From NCBI GenBank assembly GCA_051362555.1, contig CM120642.1, positions 29,512,001 through 29,576,000 of the forward strand: a stretch of DNA of 64,000 nt, read 5' to 3'. Under the pieces are notes generated by a model. That model did no database searches. It saw nothing but the letters and a program-made list of their open reading frames with translations, and was not told the origin of the DNA. The position numbers and the translations under genes were made by a program. Below, piece after piece: positions 11,201 through 23,190 of this stretch. This DNA is from Lingula anatina. Its lineage: Eukaryota > Animalia > Brachiopoda. Each line of letters opens with the position of its first letter. The first letter of the stretch is position 1.

Positions 11201-14200
11201 ACCTTAAAATTGACCTTTGACCTACTTTACACCATGAACTGAATTTTGCAAATTTTGCTTTCCTTTTATCTCCAAAACTGGCAGAGATAGGTCCATAGTT
11301 ACTATTGAACTTGAATAGGAAGTCATATACTGGCAATGTAAATGTGACCTTGAAATTGACCTTTGACCTACTTTTCACCATGAACTGAACTTTGCAAATT
11401 TTGCTTTCCTTTTATCTCCAAAACTGGCAGAGATAGGTCCATAGTTACTATTGAACTTGAAAAGGAAGTCATATACTGGCAATCTAAATGTGACCTTAAA
11501 ATTGACCTTTGACCTACTTTTCACCATAAACTGAACTTTGCAAAATTTGCTTCCCTTTTATCTCCAAAACTGGCAGAGATAGGTCCATAGTTACTATTGA
11601 ACTTGAATAGGAAGTCATATACTGGCAATCTAAATGTGACCTTAAAATTGACCTTTGACCTACTTTACACCATGAACTGAATTTTGCAAATTTTGCTTTC
11701 CTTTTATCTCCAAAACTGGCAGAGATAGGTCCATAGTTACTATTGAACTTGAATAGGAAGTCATATACTGGCAATGTAAATGTGACCTTGAAATTGACCT
11801 TTGACCTACTTTTCACCATGAACTGAACTTTGCAAATTTTGCTTTCCTTTTATCTCCAAAACTGGCAGAGATAGGTCCATAGTTACTATTGAACTTGAAA
11901 AGGAAGTCATATACTGGCAATCTAAATGTGACCTTAAAATTGACCTTTGACCTACTTTACACCATGAACTGAATTTTGCTTCCCTTTTATCTCCAAAACT
12001 GGCAGAGATAGGTCCATAGTTACTATTGAACTTGAAAAGGAAGTCATATACTGGCAATCGAAATGTGACCTTAAAATTGACCTTTGACCTACTTTACACC
12101 ATGAACTGAATTTTGCTTCCCTTTTATCTCCAAAACTGGCAGAGATAGGTCCATAGTTACTATTGAACTTGAATAGGAAGTCATATACTGGCAATCTAAA
12201 TGTGATCTTGAAATTGACCTTTGACCTACTTTTTACCATGAACTGAACTTTGCAAATTTTGCTTTCCTTTTATCTCCAAAACTGGCAGAGATAGGTCCAT
12301 AGTTACTATTGAACTTGAATAGGAAGTCATATACTGGCAATCTAAATGTGACCTTAAAATTGACCTTTGACCTACTTTACACCATGAATGAATTTTGCAA
12401 ATTTTGCTTTCCTTTTATCTCCAAAACTGGCAGAGATAGGTCCATAGTTACTATTGAACTTGAATAGGAAGTCATATACTGGCATTATAAATGTGACATT
12501 AAAATTGACCTTTGTCCTACTTTTCACCATAAACTGAACTTTGCAAATTTTGCTTCCCTTTTATCTCCAAAACTGGCAGAGATAGGTCCATAGTTACTAT
12601 TGAACTTGAATAGGAAGTCATATACTGGCATTATAAATGTGACATTAAAATTGACCTTTGTCGTACTTTTCACCATAAACTGAACTTTGCAAATTTTGCT
12701 TCCCTTTTATCTCCAAAACTGGCAGAGATAGGTCCATAGTTACTATTGAACTTGAATAGAAAGTCATATACTGGCAATCTAAATGTGACCTTGAAATTGA
12801 CCTTTGACCTACTTTTTATCATGAACTGAACTCTGCTAATTTCTTTCTCTTTTAACTTCAAACTTGACAGAGATAGGTCCATAGTTACTCTTGAACTTGA
12901 ATAGGAAGTCATATACTGGCAATTTACTGTGACCTTGAAATTGACCCTTGACCTACCTTACGAAGAACTTAAATTTGATTGTACCATATATATTTTTTGC
13001 AATAGTTTAAAAATTCTTGTTGATTGCATTTTTACAGCTTGTCAAGCACAAAACTGGTGGCTGTGTCCCTTATTTTGTGTATGTGGGGGTCTATACGAAT
13101 GCGCTTGCTCCAGCTGGTGGTACAATATTCGGAGGCGGTATCGCCTCTCTGATCCTCTAGTTGTCTCTCTTTTTTTTTGTTTTATGAATTATTGTCACCT
13201 CTTGCCCTCCGTCCAGTTCACTTCAGCTGCCTAGACAAGGTGCAAGGATATCTTTAAAATCTCTTAGTTGTTTTCTTGGCATTTTCAGTGGTGAAGTGGA
13301 AAAACTTCGCTGTGCTATGTTAAATTTTATTTAGTCTAGAGAATAGTGGTGAAACTATATTGTTTTAGTTTGTGTTGCTGTTAGTTGTGTTTAGAAATTT
13401 AAAATGTTTTACTCGTAGGCACAGAAATAGGAATAAGAGATGGACAGGTAAGGTGTCCAGCTCGTCCAGTTTGACCCCCAGGGATCAGGCTGACCTTGCC
13501 ATGGTAACAAAGGAATCCAGATTCAAATTGGCCACCAGGGAGAATACTGCTGCCAGCAAGACAAGCCAACAACCAGAGGAGAAGCAAACGCACCCCCAGT
13601 ATGCAATGTGTCCTTTAATAACTTTCTGAAATAATCATTAATGTTAATTATTAAAAAATCACTTCCCTTTATTGGTGAAATATTTTGAATGTATTTAGAA
13701 AACAGAGTATATTATAAACATTTTTGGTGTAAGAGTTACATATTGTGCTAGGGTCTTGAGTAAGTATATTTCTTGGGTACTATGTTAGATGGATCATATT
13801 TGCTGTATTTGGTAGGCTTTATTAAACAGACAACCCACAGAGAAAGGTTGATTTTAATTCTGCCAGTATTTGATCATGTTCAGGTCAAACCACCAGATGT
13901 CGCGAGCAGTACCTGTGCCCACCTCCAAGATGAGCCTGTCCCCAGTGAGCCAAGCCTCTCCCCCTGTGGTTCTCCCCTCATCCATGCCAATGTCCCAGGT
14001 TGTGAAGCCCATGTCTTACACCATGCCGCATCCACATGACCTGGTGCATAAATCCATAGGACGTCCAAGGATGTCATCGTATGAAGTGCCAACTGTGGAA
14101 GGACTTGGTAAGAAAACGTCACAAATTTTAATTTCATTCATGACCCTGTCGTCACATTTAAAAATACAATGAAGCAATGGAGCCCTCCAATTTTTAGGTA

Positions 14201-17200
14201 TTTGGGTGACTCCTATGATGCAACAGTTTGTTTCCAAATATTCAGTATAAGCTTAAAATGTTCAATACCATATTTTTTTTATATATCTTAAAGGAAGTAC
14301 CAAATAAGCAGTAAAGTGTTTTGCTGGAAGGAAGAAAAAGGAAAAAGAGCAGCATAATGAAAAACAGTATTATGAATAGATTAAATATGCTGTTATACTT
14401 AGAGTCAGTTTCTTACTAAGTAATAGTATATGAACATAAATCCCTAAATCCTTTTCAGTTTTCAGCAAAAAAAAAAGAAAAAGATTCAATCTGAACTTTG
14501 AGAACTAAAATATGCCTTATTTTTTGTATAACATGGTAAACTTTCTAAAGGCTATTTCTGACATGCACTCCTACATTTTCCTCTAGCTCTTCATAGTCCC
14601 ACGCCGCCTTCAGAGCCCCCTACCTGTCCTCCTGTACCTACAGCACAGAGACCACACTATGAGCCCTGGGTCACTTATCCCCCATATCACCCTCAAGCCA
14701 TCCCCAGGACCCCAGGGGGGACAGTGAGGTACGCCCCAGGGGTGTCACCCTACCCTCAGCAGCCCCCTCAACAAATGCCGGCCTATCCCCAAGTTCAGCC
14801 AGGAGTGGTCCGGTACAATGCCCAGAGGGTTCCACCACCCCCTGAGTATGTCTCCACCCCCCAGGGATTGCCTGCCTACCCTGGGGTCCAGCAGGGAATG
14901 ATGGCTGGGTACCCTCCTGGTGCTGAATATGCGGTTGAGACGCACTATCAACTTGTACAGCAGCCCATATATGGGTATGATCAAGGTTTAGGGAGAGAGT
15001 ATCCGAAGTACTTGACTGCCCCGCCCAGTACACAGGGTGGGGCTCACCCCCAGGAACAGGTGCTTGACCCACAGACTGCACAGGAAGAGGTCAGTGCTAG
15101 CAGTAGATATTTCATTAAGTGCAAATTTGCTGTGAATTTAACTCTTGAACTCCTTAGTATGCATACTTGGTATACTTGGTATGCATACTTGGTATACTTG
15201 GTATGCATACTTGGTATACTTGGTATGCATACCGTGCATGAAATTAGGAGACAAAAAGTTCTTAATCATTTTCTGAGTAGAGAGATGTATGACAGAAAAT
15301 CTTAAATAGATGTTATATGAACAAATAGTAGTATAAAATATTGGCTCATTTTAATGACAAACTGATCAAAATTAATTGCATTATTTCCTCTCAGAAAGTA
15401 GGAGCTTACTTCAGAAGTCATTTGGTAAATGTGAGTAGGCTCTTGTGATGCACTGACTGAGTTTCCTAACTTTAGTGCTTTTATTTTAACACTGTCAGAA
15501 TGCATCCATAGAGCAGCTTGAGAGACGCCGAAGTGAACTGCTGAATCAGCTAAGAAATAAACAGAGTAGGCCCAACACATCAGCGCCATCTAGTGTAGGG
15601 GAAAGGAAGATGAAGACCACAACCAGCTCCTATCAGCAGCAGCAATCCGTGGTGGATGCTCTGATATCCAGTAGTACTACCACGGCGTACAATGATACTA
15701 TTTGGAGTGAGTTACATATTTGTGATGAAGGATATTATTGTCAGCAATTACAGATCATTTAAGATAAAGGGTTCGATTCATTGCACCCTAATTGCAGATT
15801 AAGATATATGCTGACGCAAAGTTCACATGATTAAGTGCAATGGCAAAAGAACGAAAAAAATTAATTAATTAATAAATCAACTAATTAATTAATAATAAAA
15901 AGTAAAAATAATGAAGTATTTTCACTTTCTCAGGCCATAATGAATTTTGTTGAACAATTTATTGGTACACAAGTTTGATTTGCAGGGATGAGCTTAGACA
16001 TTATTCGCACATGAAAGATGTTATTCAAATGTAAATGTTTAAACTGAGTTTATAATTTTGTTGAAATGTTATGCAACATTAATGATTTGTATAGTTTTGT
16101 ATTTTAAGCACTCAATGGATATCTTAGTCACATAATGTGGAATTACCAACAACTGTCTGCATTTGATTAACATAATGTATGACAACTTGTTTTATTTGGA
16201 AAACAGGTTCAAAAGAACACTTCAATGAAGACATGCCTTGGTCCACCGGAGAGGCAACATACAGTGATTCTCGTAATGGAGCCACCATAGACAGTGAAGC
16301 GGCAATTCAGGAAAGGGTAAGCTTCTTTGACAGTTAGCTGTGAATACCCCCCCTGCACAGGAAATGAAAAACATTTAAAAGAAAAACTACATTTTTTTAC
16401 TAAGAGCAGTTTAGATTTAAAAAAGCAGTGTGGTTATATGGTTAAAAGGACATTTGTTTTTAAATAGAAAAAGTGGAGTAAGTAGAACAAATAGAAATTG
16501 TGTCACTTTTTTAAAACTTTTTTTGAATCAGCTGACAGGGATTGATCCCATCATTAGCTTTCCATTATAACTCCTGTACAAAGAATTTCAAATGCCAATA
16601 AATGTTTATGTTAATTACAAAATTAATACAACAAAATGTTGACACTTATCTGGATTTCCCAGAAGATTGTCAAAATATACCCCTGTTTAGATAGTTTCTG
16701 TTGTTCCATCTGTTTTCAAACAATTGTTAATGTGAAGTTTTACAAGATAATTAGACATTTGTGGTATTGAGATATATAAAAAGACCTTATGTTTCAGACA
16801 GGTCTTGTACATAAATTTTGCAGTATATGTCAGAAGACTGTTATCAATATTTAAATGAGGTATTTTTTATTGTTGTGAACTTGGCTTCTTTAATTTAATA
16901 ATGATAATAATAATGATTATTATTATGAGTATTATTATAATATCAAGTCAAATCAAATTGAGATCTAAAGAAAAACACAGGCTTCTAAAAGCCAGATAAA
17001 GAAAAAGGGATGAAGGTGTTTCTGAAATGATCAATTCTGAATTTTGGTCCTTCTAATATCAACTGATTGGAATTTTGGCATCGATTATTTCTTTCTGTCC
17101 AGTCAATGATTTCATTTGCTGCCTGTTAAATGTTACTTTTAAGCTAAGTCATACACTGTAAGCACAGTTGTATCATCCAGAAACTTGTAGCCTGGACAAC

Positions 17201-19904
17201 TAGCGTTAGGGTCATTGATCATGATAATGAATAATAATGGACGCAATAGGGCTCCTTGAGGAATACCACCCTCAATATATGACATCAAATACCTGGCCTC
17301 TGTCAAGAAGTAGAATCTTTGTGTTTGACCCCAGGCTTTGATATCTGAAAATTCTGCTAGTTCATATGTATGATATTGGAAAACTATACATGTAAAATGT
17401 TTATTTACACAGTTAAAGTCCATGTCTCACATGCCACGTTGCATACATAGCATCCTCTTCATGCCCCCTGCCCTTAAACCCAGACCACGCGACTTAGTAC
17501 ATCACACTGTGGCAGAATCGTGTGCTTGGAGTATTAACATTAAGGAAATAGTGAACAAGTTTGTTTTTTTTTATGTCACATAATATACAATGTCCTATAC
17601 TAGATCAACAGGTGTTTCTTGGTTTGCTGTGTGTTGTACATTCTGTCTGGATGTTGTGAGCACTTACTCATATTTTTGCAGTCATTATAAGGGGTAGATT
17701 TGTACTGTAATATTTTTCACATTGAAAAATGTGCTTATATTTATTGTTTGTGTGTAGTGCCTTACATAATTTTTGAACACGTTTGTCAACTGCAGAAGCA
17801 AGATAACCTTCCATTTCTTAAGCTTGTTTATAAAATTTATAGCACCACCTTTGTATGAAAAGTCATATACATTTTTTTCTCTGTCAAAGTTTGGAAAAAC
17901 CAAAAGAGGTTCATAAAAATTTCACTGTAAATCATCAAGGTGGCAAAAATTGAAACATTTCTGTTTTCTAAAACTTTGAAAATAGTTCAAAACATTTTAC
18001 TCCTTTTCAAAGTTTCAGCATGTTGTCTCCTCTGTCACTCTTTTCTGTCTGCCATTGATCAGGTTTTCTCCTGTTCTTTCATCTCGTTCATAGCATAAAG
18101 AACGTGCTGGTGCTTTCTTGGATGCTTACTCAGAGACAAATGCGCCATTATCTTCATTGAGCTATGAAGCCGCTGATGATTTTGACACTGATCACCATGG
18201 TGACCATGATGATGATGGTGATGATGAATGGGTTAGTAAGGATATTTCTGATTTTCAGCATCTGATAAGCAGGAATCTCTTCACGACCATATATAGTAGC
18301 CTTGATGGTGGAAAAGATACCACGGTCTGGACGTACAACTCACTTTCCTCGTAAGTACTCCCGTTTTTATCTTTTTTTTTTTTGCTCTGGTTCTTTAATT
18401 CTAAACCCGATTTTCACTGAAAAACAACTAAATATTTTATGGTAAATTGTTTTTGAAACTTCAAAGGCAACCCAATATTAAATGGGTGTTAAAATTTGTA
18501 ATTATAATAACCAAAAAGTTGAGAAAAAAGCTTACATGAGCTTGGATTCACAATTGAAACAAATTTTGTGCAATTCTGACTTCTTAGGGGTTTGTTAATA
18601 ATAGAATCTTATCCATTGTGATCTAAGGAAAAATAAATCTTTTCATTTTTTCCAATGAACTAAAGCTTAAAATAATAATACCTATGACTCACAAGCCTAG
18701 ATCTTCAATTGTATGCAGGACTTTGCCAGAGGAAATCATTCCCTTTTCTGACAAGCCCATTGTGTCCAGGTTTGGTCCCATTTCTCGTGTACAGCGCAAT
18801 GAAACCAACCTCCAGGTTGCTAAGCCAGTGCAGGTGACAGCCTCACAGGTATGTCTGTCTGTTTGTTTGTTTGTTCACCTTTCTGTCTCCATGATGTATT
18901 TAATATGATTTTTTTTTCACGGGGTGGTCAGTGTGTACACATATTTATAGGTTTGTCAACCATTATATGCTTAAACTGACAACTCTTTATAACTCTTGGG
19001 CTAAATCTGTGTGTTATCCTATCAAGGAATGTACTAAGAGGCAGCAACACCTCACACCCTCCAGTTTTATCTGTTTTCATATCTGCTCAAGTGCTTATTC
19101 TGAGAAAAGCAACATCTGCCAGGTACTGTTTTGCTACATTCAAAGTATTCAACAGATTTAAATTTGTGCACTTATTCACTGTTTATTTTCTTCTATTATG
19201 TGTACATTTGGTGTGTTTTGTTCTCAGGGAGGAAACCCCCTGCCATCTACTGCTGTGACCCCTGTAGAACGGCCATTCCCCAATTCCTACGCAGTGCCCT
19301 CACGTTACCCTCCTAACCCCTTTGGTCTGGCAGAGGTAGAACAGGCCAAGACGAACACATCAGCAAGTGGTACTGTGATGAAGAACAGTGAGAGGTAAGA
19401 GTACCAGCTAATCTGAAAGTGGGTCTTTTGTGATTTTATGACCCATGATTTGATTATTCTTCTCACAGTTACTGTGTGTAATGGGTGATGTTTATCTGTT
19501 CAGACATGAGCTTTTTCCGCGGAAAAGTGGTTTTCGGCTTTTTTTAATTAAATTTTGATGGTTCCTGAGACTTGTCAAGGTTAGGTGTTTGGTCCCATGA
19601 TAAATGTTCAGTTTTTTTTTAACCTTAGGCTCATGACTGTTAGTTGGGCCCCGTTTACAAGCAGTTGAAAGCCTGTAGAATTTTAATTGCTCTTCCTCTG
19701 CACGAAAAACGCCTCTAATGAAATATTTATAAATTAAGATAAATCTTGTATTTTTCAAGAATTTTCCATTCTCCTTTCCCCAGGCTCCAGAGGAGTTCCA
19801 GAGGAGTAGCTGCAAATGAGGCTGAGAGAGAGCAGCTAAAACTTGAGCTCCAGAAGATTGATGCCCAGATTATACAAGCAGCAGAATCAGCTAGAGACAC
19901 TTAA
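5262..19904 (+). CDS. RC3H1: Roquin (RING-ROQ/HEPN-CCCH RNA-binding E3 ligase; RC3H1/RC3H2 co-ortholog)
   Basis: Phase-consistent exons 5262-5355, 6736-7008, 7191-7430, 7823-7998, 8377-8577, 8936-9068, 9568-9796, 13419-13598, 13884-14107, 14587-15089, 15499-15706, 16207-16316, 18094-18350, 18719-18848, 19228-19394, 19784-19904. Motifs: [17 protein letters not shown] (RING); [17 protein letters not shown] and [14 protein letters not shown] (ROQ); [21 protein letters not shown] (CCCH); Pro-rich region; [18 protein letters not shown]; C-terminal coiled coil [12 protein letters not shown]. Confidence 0.95.
5604..6217. mobile_element. Non-autonomous DNA transposon with ~82-bp TIRs and a RecQ helicase remnant (Academ-like)
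   Basis: Inverted repeats 5604-5685 / 6136-6217 start TAG and end CTA. Internal + frame 5899-6000 reads [34 protein letters not shown] (RecQ motif 0 and motif I). Confidence 0.8.
6435..6726. mobile_element. Degenerate MITE (Harbinger-like), related to 20645-20845
   Basis: Imperfect terminal inverted repeats AGTGCATTGGAACAGATGATCTGCAGAC / GTCTGCAGATCAGTTTGTTCTGAACACT; internal blocks (ggccaa.cccac, taattccct, gtcagccat) are shared with the second copy. Confidence 0.55.
8762..8970 (+). repeat. Degenerate tandem duplication of the Roquin exon 6 acceptor region
   Basis: ctacaacttcaaactagttatttgccacaag (~8771) and ctacagctccaaactgtagttattgtccacaag (~8853) mirror the real acceptor ttacagCTCCAGACCCCCCAGTCATTTGCCCAGAG (8930). 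Confidence 0.6.
9285..9590 (+). repeat. ~75-78 bp tandem repeat (about 4 copies) overlapping the Roquin exon 7 acceptor
   Basis: Unit tttgacagtctgtcatcagagacccctcccattttcattgcagATGCCCCTCCCCCATCC recurs with decay toward the 5' end. Confidence 0.85.
9831..13160 (+). mobile_element. Non-autonomous Helentron/HINE (DINE-1-like) element, copy A
   Basis: 5' subTIR GTACCACCAGC 9834-9844 with nearby partial inverted copy GCTGGCGGTAC 9851-9861; CCGCCGGCT minisatellite; internal tandem array; 3' subTIR GCTGGTGGTAC 13113-13123; hairpin GAGGCG-gtat-CGCCTC 13132-13147; ends CTAG followed by TT; no TSD. A homologous copy lies at 23191-25296. Confidence 0.85.
10825..12960. repeat. 146-bp satellite array (~15 monomers) inside HINE copy A
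   Basis: The anchor ATCTCCAAAACTGGCAGAGATAGGTCC recurs at 10830, 10976, 11122, 11268, 11414, 11560, 11706, 11852, 11989, 12126, 12272, 12417, 12563 and 12709, with a degenerate copy at ~12855. Confidence 0.97.
15157..15231. repeat. 22-bp minisatellite (GTATGCATACTTGGTATACTTG) x ~3.4
   Basis: Directly visible in Roquin intron 10. Confidence 0.9.
17030..17345 (-). mobile_element. Degraded CR1-group LINE reverse transcriptase fragment
   Basis: [19 protein letters not shown]...YKFLDDTTV resembles the RT motifs GVPQGSVLGPLLF and F/YADD. Confidence 0.75.
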
Positions 19905-20644
19905 ATCTTGTGCATTGATTAACTGGACTGCCAGGAAGGTGATGCCTGCACTGTACATGCTATAGGCAGAATTTTTAACAACTGTTTCAGGTGCAATTTC
20001 CCTGTTAAGTCAGCACAGAAAACATTGATTCAGAACAGCATGTTTCAGATTATACTGATTTTTTATCATTTACAATGTTCAATATGTATGGAAAAAATCA
20101 GTGAAATATCTCACATTAAGTTTGAGATATTGCATTTCAAAGTGAAATCATATACATTGTACTCATTGGTTGTTAATTATGAGGTAGGTGGTTAATGGAA
20201 AAATGAAAAAATAGTCTGCGATATATTCTTGTGGCTGTTTGATTTGATGTGGAATGACCTAGAAGCCAAACAGGCTTTGGAAATGTAATACAAATTTTTA
20301 CCAACCAGTGTTTCGATTGTAGCCCACGGAAATTTCCATCATATTTTGGTGGTTGCTCTAAGAATGAGAGTCAAATATTTGGTGATGAATTATCATTAAT
20401 TTCATCCATGTTTGATATCCTTAATTATATTAAAATGTAATAATATTTCTTTCTTTTCCTTCTTTTTTTGCTCCCCTCTTATTTGCCGTTTCATTCCATA
20501 ATTACAGATTTTCTGTGAGTGATTTTTTTTTAACACTATTCTTTAAATACATTAGGTTATGGTAGAGGTTTTGTTGTTTTTTTTAAATGTTATTTTTAAA
20601 GTTTAATTATTCGTCTCTGAGTCATTATAGAAATATGTATATAT

Positions 20645-20845
20645 AAAGGCGCATTCAGAACAAATTGATCAGCAAATCTAATACGGCCAACCCACTTGAA
20701 AGCCTGCCGCATAATTCCCTAATAGACATCCAATTTTAATAGATTCCCAGCAGGGAATACGCGGAAACCTTTCAAGTGTGTCAGCCATATTGGATCAGCA
20801 GATCTGTTAAGTCCATGGATCAAATTTTGCTGTGAATGCGGCCTT
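20645..20845. mobile_element. MITE (Harbinger-like) in the putative Roquin 3'UTR
   Basis: Termini AAGGCGCATTCAGAACAAA / TTTGCTGTGAATGCGGCCTT; internal palindromic organisation (cacttgaaag / ctttcaagtg). Confidence 0.6.
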
Positions 20846-21412
20846 AGAATATGATTTCAGTTGAATCTCATCAGAGATGAGGTAGAAGATTTTTAACTAT
20901 ACTTCATAGTTGAAGCATATAATTACCATGTAACCTTGCTAAATGATATTGTTTATCTGTAAAACATCAACTCTTTCAACATCTTGTATGTGGTAGTATT
21001 TGGTGGTATATTGTTAGTCACATTTTTCTATAATTTATTATAGTTTTTCGTCACAGACATTTAGTACATTCAGTGGTGAAGAACATCTTACTTCAACATC
21101 GTGTGTATATCCATGCTTGCATGAATAGTGAAGTGGTTAAAAAAAGTTTTCACTGAGACCTTTACTCTCTCCATTGAACTAAACGTTGTTCTTTAAAGGT
21201 TTCCCCTACATTGAACCTGTTCAGTTTAAGGTGCACAATTTTATCTATGTGTGCTGAGAGGTGAGTCAACTGTGCGTAAGACTCTTATCTCAAAACATTA
21301 AATAGATCATTGCCATCTGGTGAGGTCATTTGATTACTCACAAACTTGTTTTTTATACTTTGAAGAAAATTTCATGTTGTTGAGATCTATGGAGTACTTT
21401 GCTTGAAAACTG

Positions 21413-21619
21413 CCCTGAGCAAACTTTTAAGTTTGCAGCAAATTTGCAAGAAGGAATTTTACCATGCAATTGAGGCGAAAAGACTTTCTTACTAACTTCC
21501 TGCAAACTTTTAATCTTCTTGCAAATTTGAAGCAAATTTGCTGTAACTGTCATTCTTCTTACAATGAAGGGCAAACATTCTTGCAAACTGTAAAGTTTGT
21601 TGCAAAATTGTGCTAAGGG
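21413..21619. mobile_element. MITE with CCC...GGG termini (EnSpm/CMC-like)
   Basis: CCCTGAGCAAA...TGTGCTAAGGG flanked by the 2-bp duplication TG; many internal TTGCAAA-type subterminal repeats. Confidence 0.65.
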
Positions 21620-21853
21620 TGTTTTATGCAGTTTCCAAAGACCATCCAGCGGACACAGTAGCTGTATGGTACAAACGATCCAATGAAATTACTAGGAATC
21701 TTGTTCGTTGTTTTGAAATTTACACTAACTTTTGCAACTTTGGCCCAATAATGTGCTGGAGGCTGATATTGAGGTAGGCTGTGTAAGCCGGGATTCAAGA
21801 CTATAGATGGCGCTGTATTCAACATTTGAAATTCATTTGTTATTTTTAATGTA

Positions 21854-22420
21854 ACCTGGAATCTGGGTGATTTTGTGAAGATATTTCTGCTGGTATCTGG
21901 TAGAATATTGCTTTCCCATAGGGCAGTGAGAGTTGGTAGGAAGTCATAGATTTGAGCATTCAGAATTCAGATATTTGACTATTATTATTTTTTTAAAATA
22001 GAAGTTGGCACAAAGTGATTTCCATGGTATTCCTCAATTTCAGACATAAGCAGATTTGTGGACAAACATAAAAACATTATTTCAACTATGGAATTTTTTT
22101 ATTATTGAATTATGTGCATACACTACAACCATCCAGCAGATACTGTGTATCGTTTGGGGATTACCTTTGATAACTGAGATTTATTAGTCTTGTGATAATC
22201 TTTATAATATGTATCATTTCAATTTTGTTTGTTACAGGTGAGGTTATAACCTTGCTAACTTGCAAGAGTTCATTTTTTAAAAAGCATGCATTTATGTATT
22301 AATGTGAATTATTTGATAGAACCCTGGCTGGTATCTGGCCAACTCTTAGTCCTTTTCTTCAATTGAAAAATTAGAAATTATGTCAGTGAAATTTACTTCA
22401 CATATTTGCTGGTATCTGGC
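21854..22420 (+). promoter_or_regulatory. Four CUGG-WAU-CUGG stem-loops in the putative Roquin 3'UTR
   Basis: Hairpins at 21854-21868, 21885-21905, 22325-22341 and 22408-22420 share an apical sequence but have different, complementary lower stems. Confidence 0.55.
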
Positions 22421-22534
22421 TATAAATGTTATCCTTTTATATTCTTTTTTACTATGAAGAAAGAAGTACTGTTCATCTTGCCGCAATTGTTAGGCAAAAG
22501 AAAGCACAAAATACTGGTGAATATGCATGTAGTG

Positions 22535-22744
22535 TAGTGGCGGATCCGGGGTACAGTAAGCAAATGCCCTACCTTCAGCCTCTGAGCCCCCCCCCCCCCT
22601 CCCCCCCCTTTCCCTCCTGAAAAAGACAGTATAACGAGCGCAACTAGACAAAGAGCAGAATTGACTGCCGTTTGAAATTTGCCTATAGAGAAGCGAGTCC
22701 ATTTCTATTCCCCAACCCCATGCCAAACTCTGGATCCGCCATTG
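22535..22744. mobile_element. MITE (hAT-like)
   Basis: TIRs TAGTGGCGGATCCGG / CTGGATCCGCCATTG; internal poly-C; flanks TAGTG / CGGTG are compatible with a decayed 5-bp TSD. Confidence 0.65.
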
Positions 22745-22961
22745 CGGTGGAGTTGTCATAGTGACAGACCCTGTTGAAGGTGGTTTGATTTTCGGTCTTT
22801 CGTTATAAACAGCATCTTTGTTATGGTGATTGTGTTGTACTTCAATGTCATTTGATATGGAATGTAGATATTTATCTTGATTTCGTTCTACAGTTGGCGT
22901 ATCTCTTGCACTATGAATTACGTACTATTTCTTGTGTGTGAGAATTCAGTAAATTTGTAGC

Positions 22962-22971
22962 AATAAATAAA
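22962..22971 (+). terminator. Candidate Roquin polyadenylation signal
   Basis: Overlapping AATAAATAAA followed by a T-rich downstream tract (22984-23001); would imply a ~3-kb 3'UTR. Confidence 0.45.
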
Positions 22972-23190
22972 TCTAAATGGTCATTTTCCCTTTTGTTTTT
23001 TAAATGAAACTGCAGACACATAACTTTTTACATGGCAATTAGTTTTGACTTCCACAAATTATTATTGTTATTATTTTGAAATATGCTATTACATAAATGA
23101 CTCCTCGATACCTGCGGTGCCTCTATTTAGCTATGGCAATAGCAAGGAGCTTCTTGTCAATTATACCAATGATAATAAAAATGTGTATTT

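Noticed and set aside
10825-12960. CRISPR-like array, or repeated 101-aa ORFs ([14 protein letters not shown]...)
   Set aside because: Monomers are contiguous with no unique spacers, there are no cas genes and the context is eukaryotic; the ORFs are by-products of the satellite.
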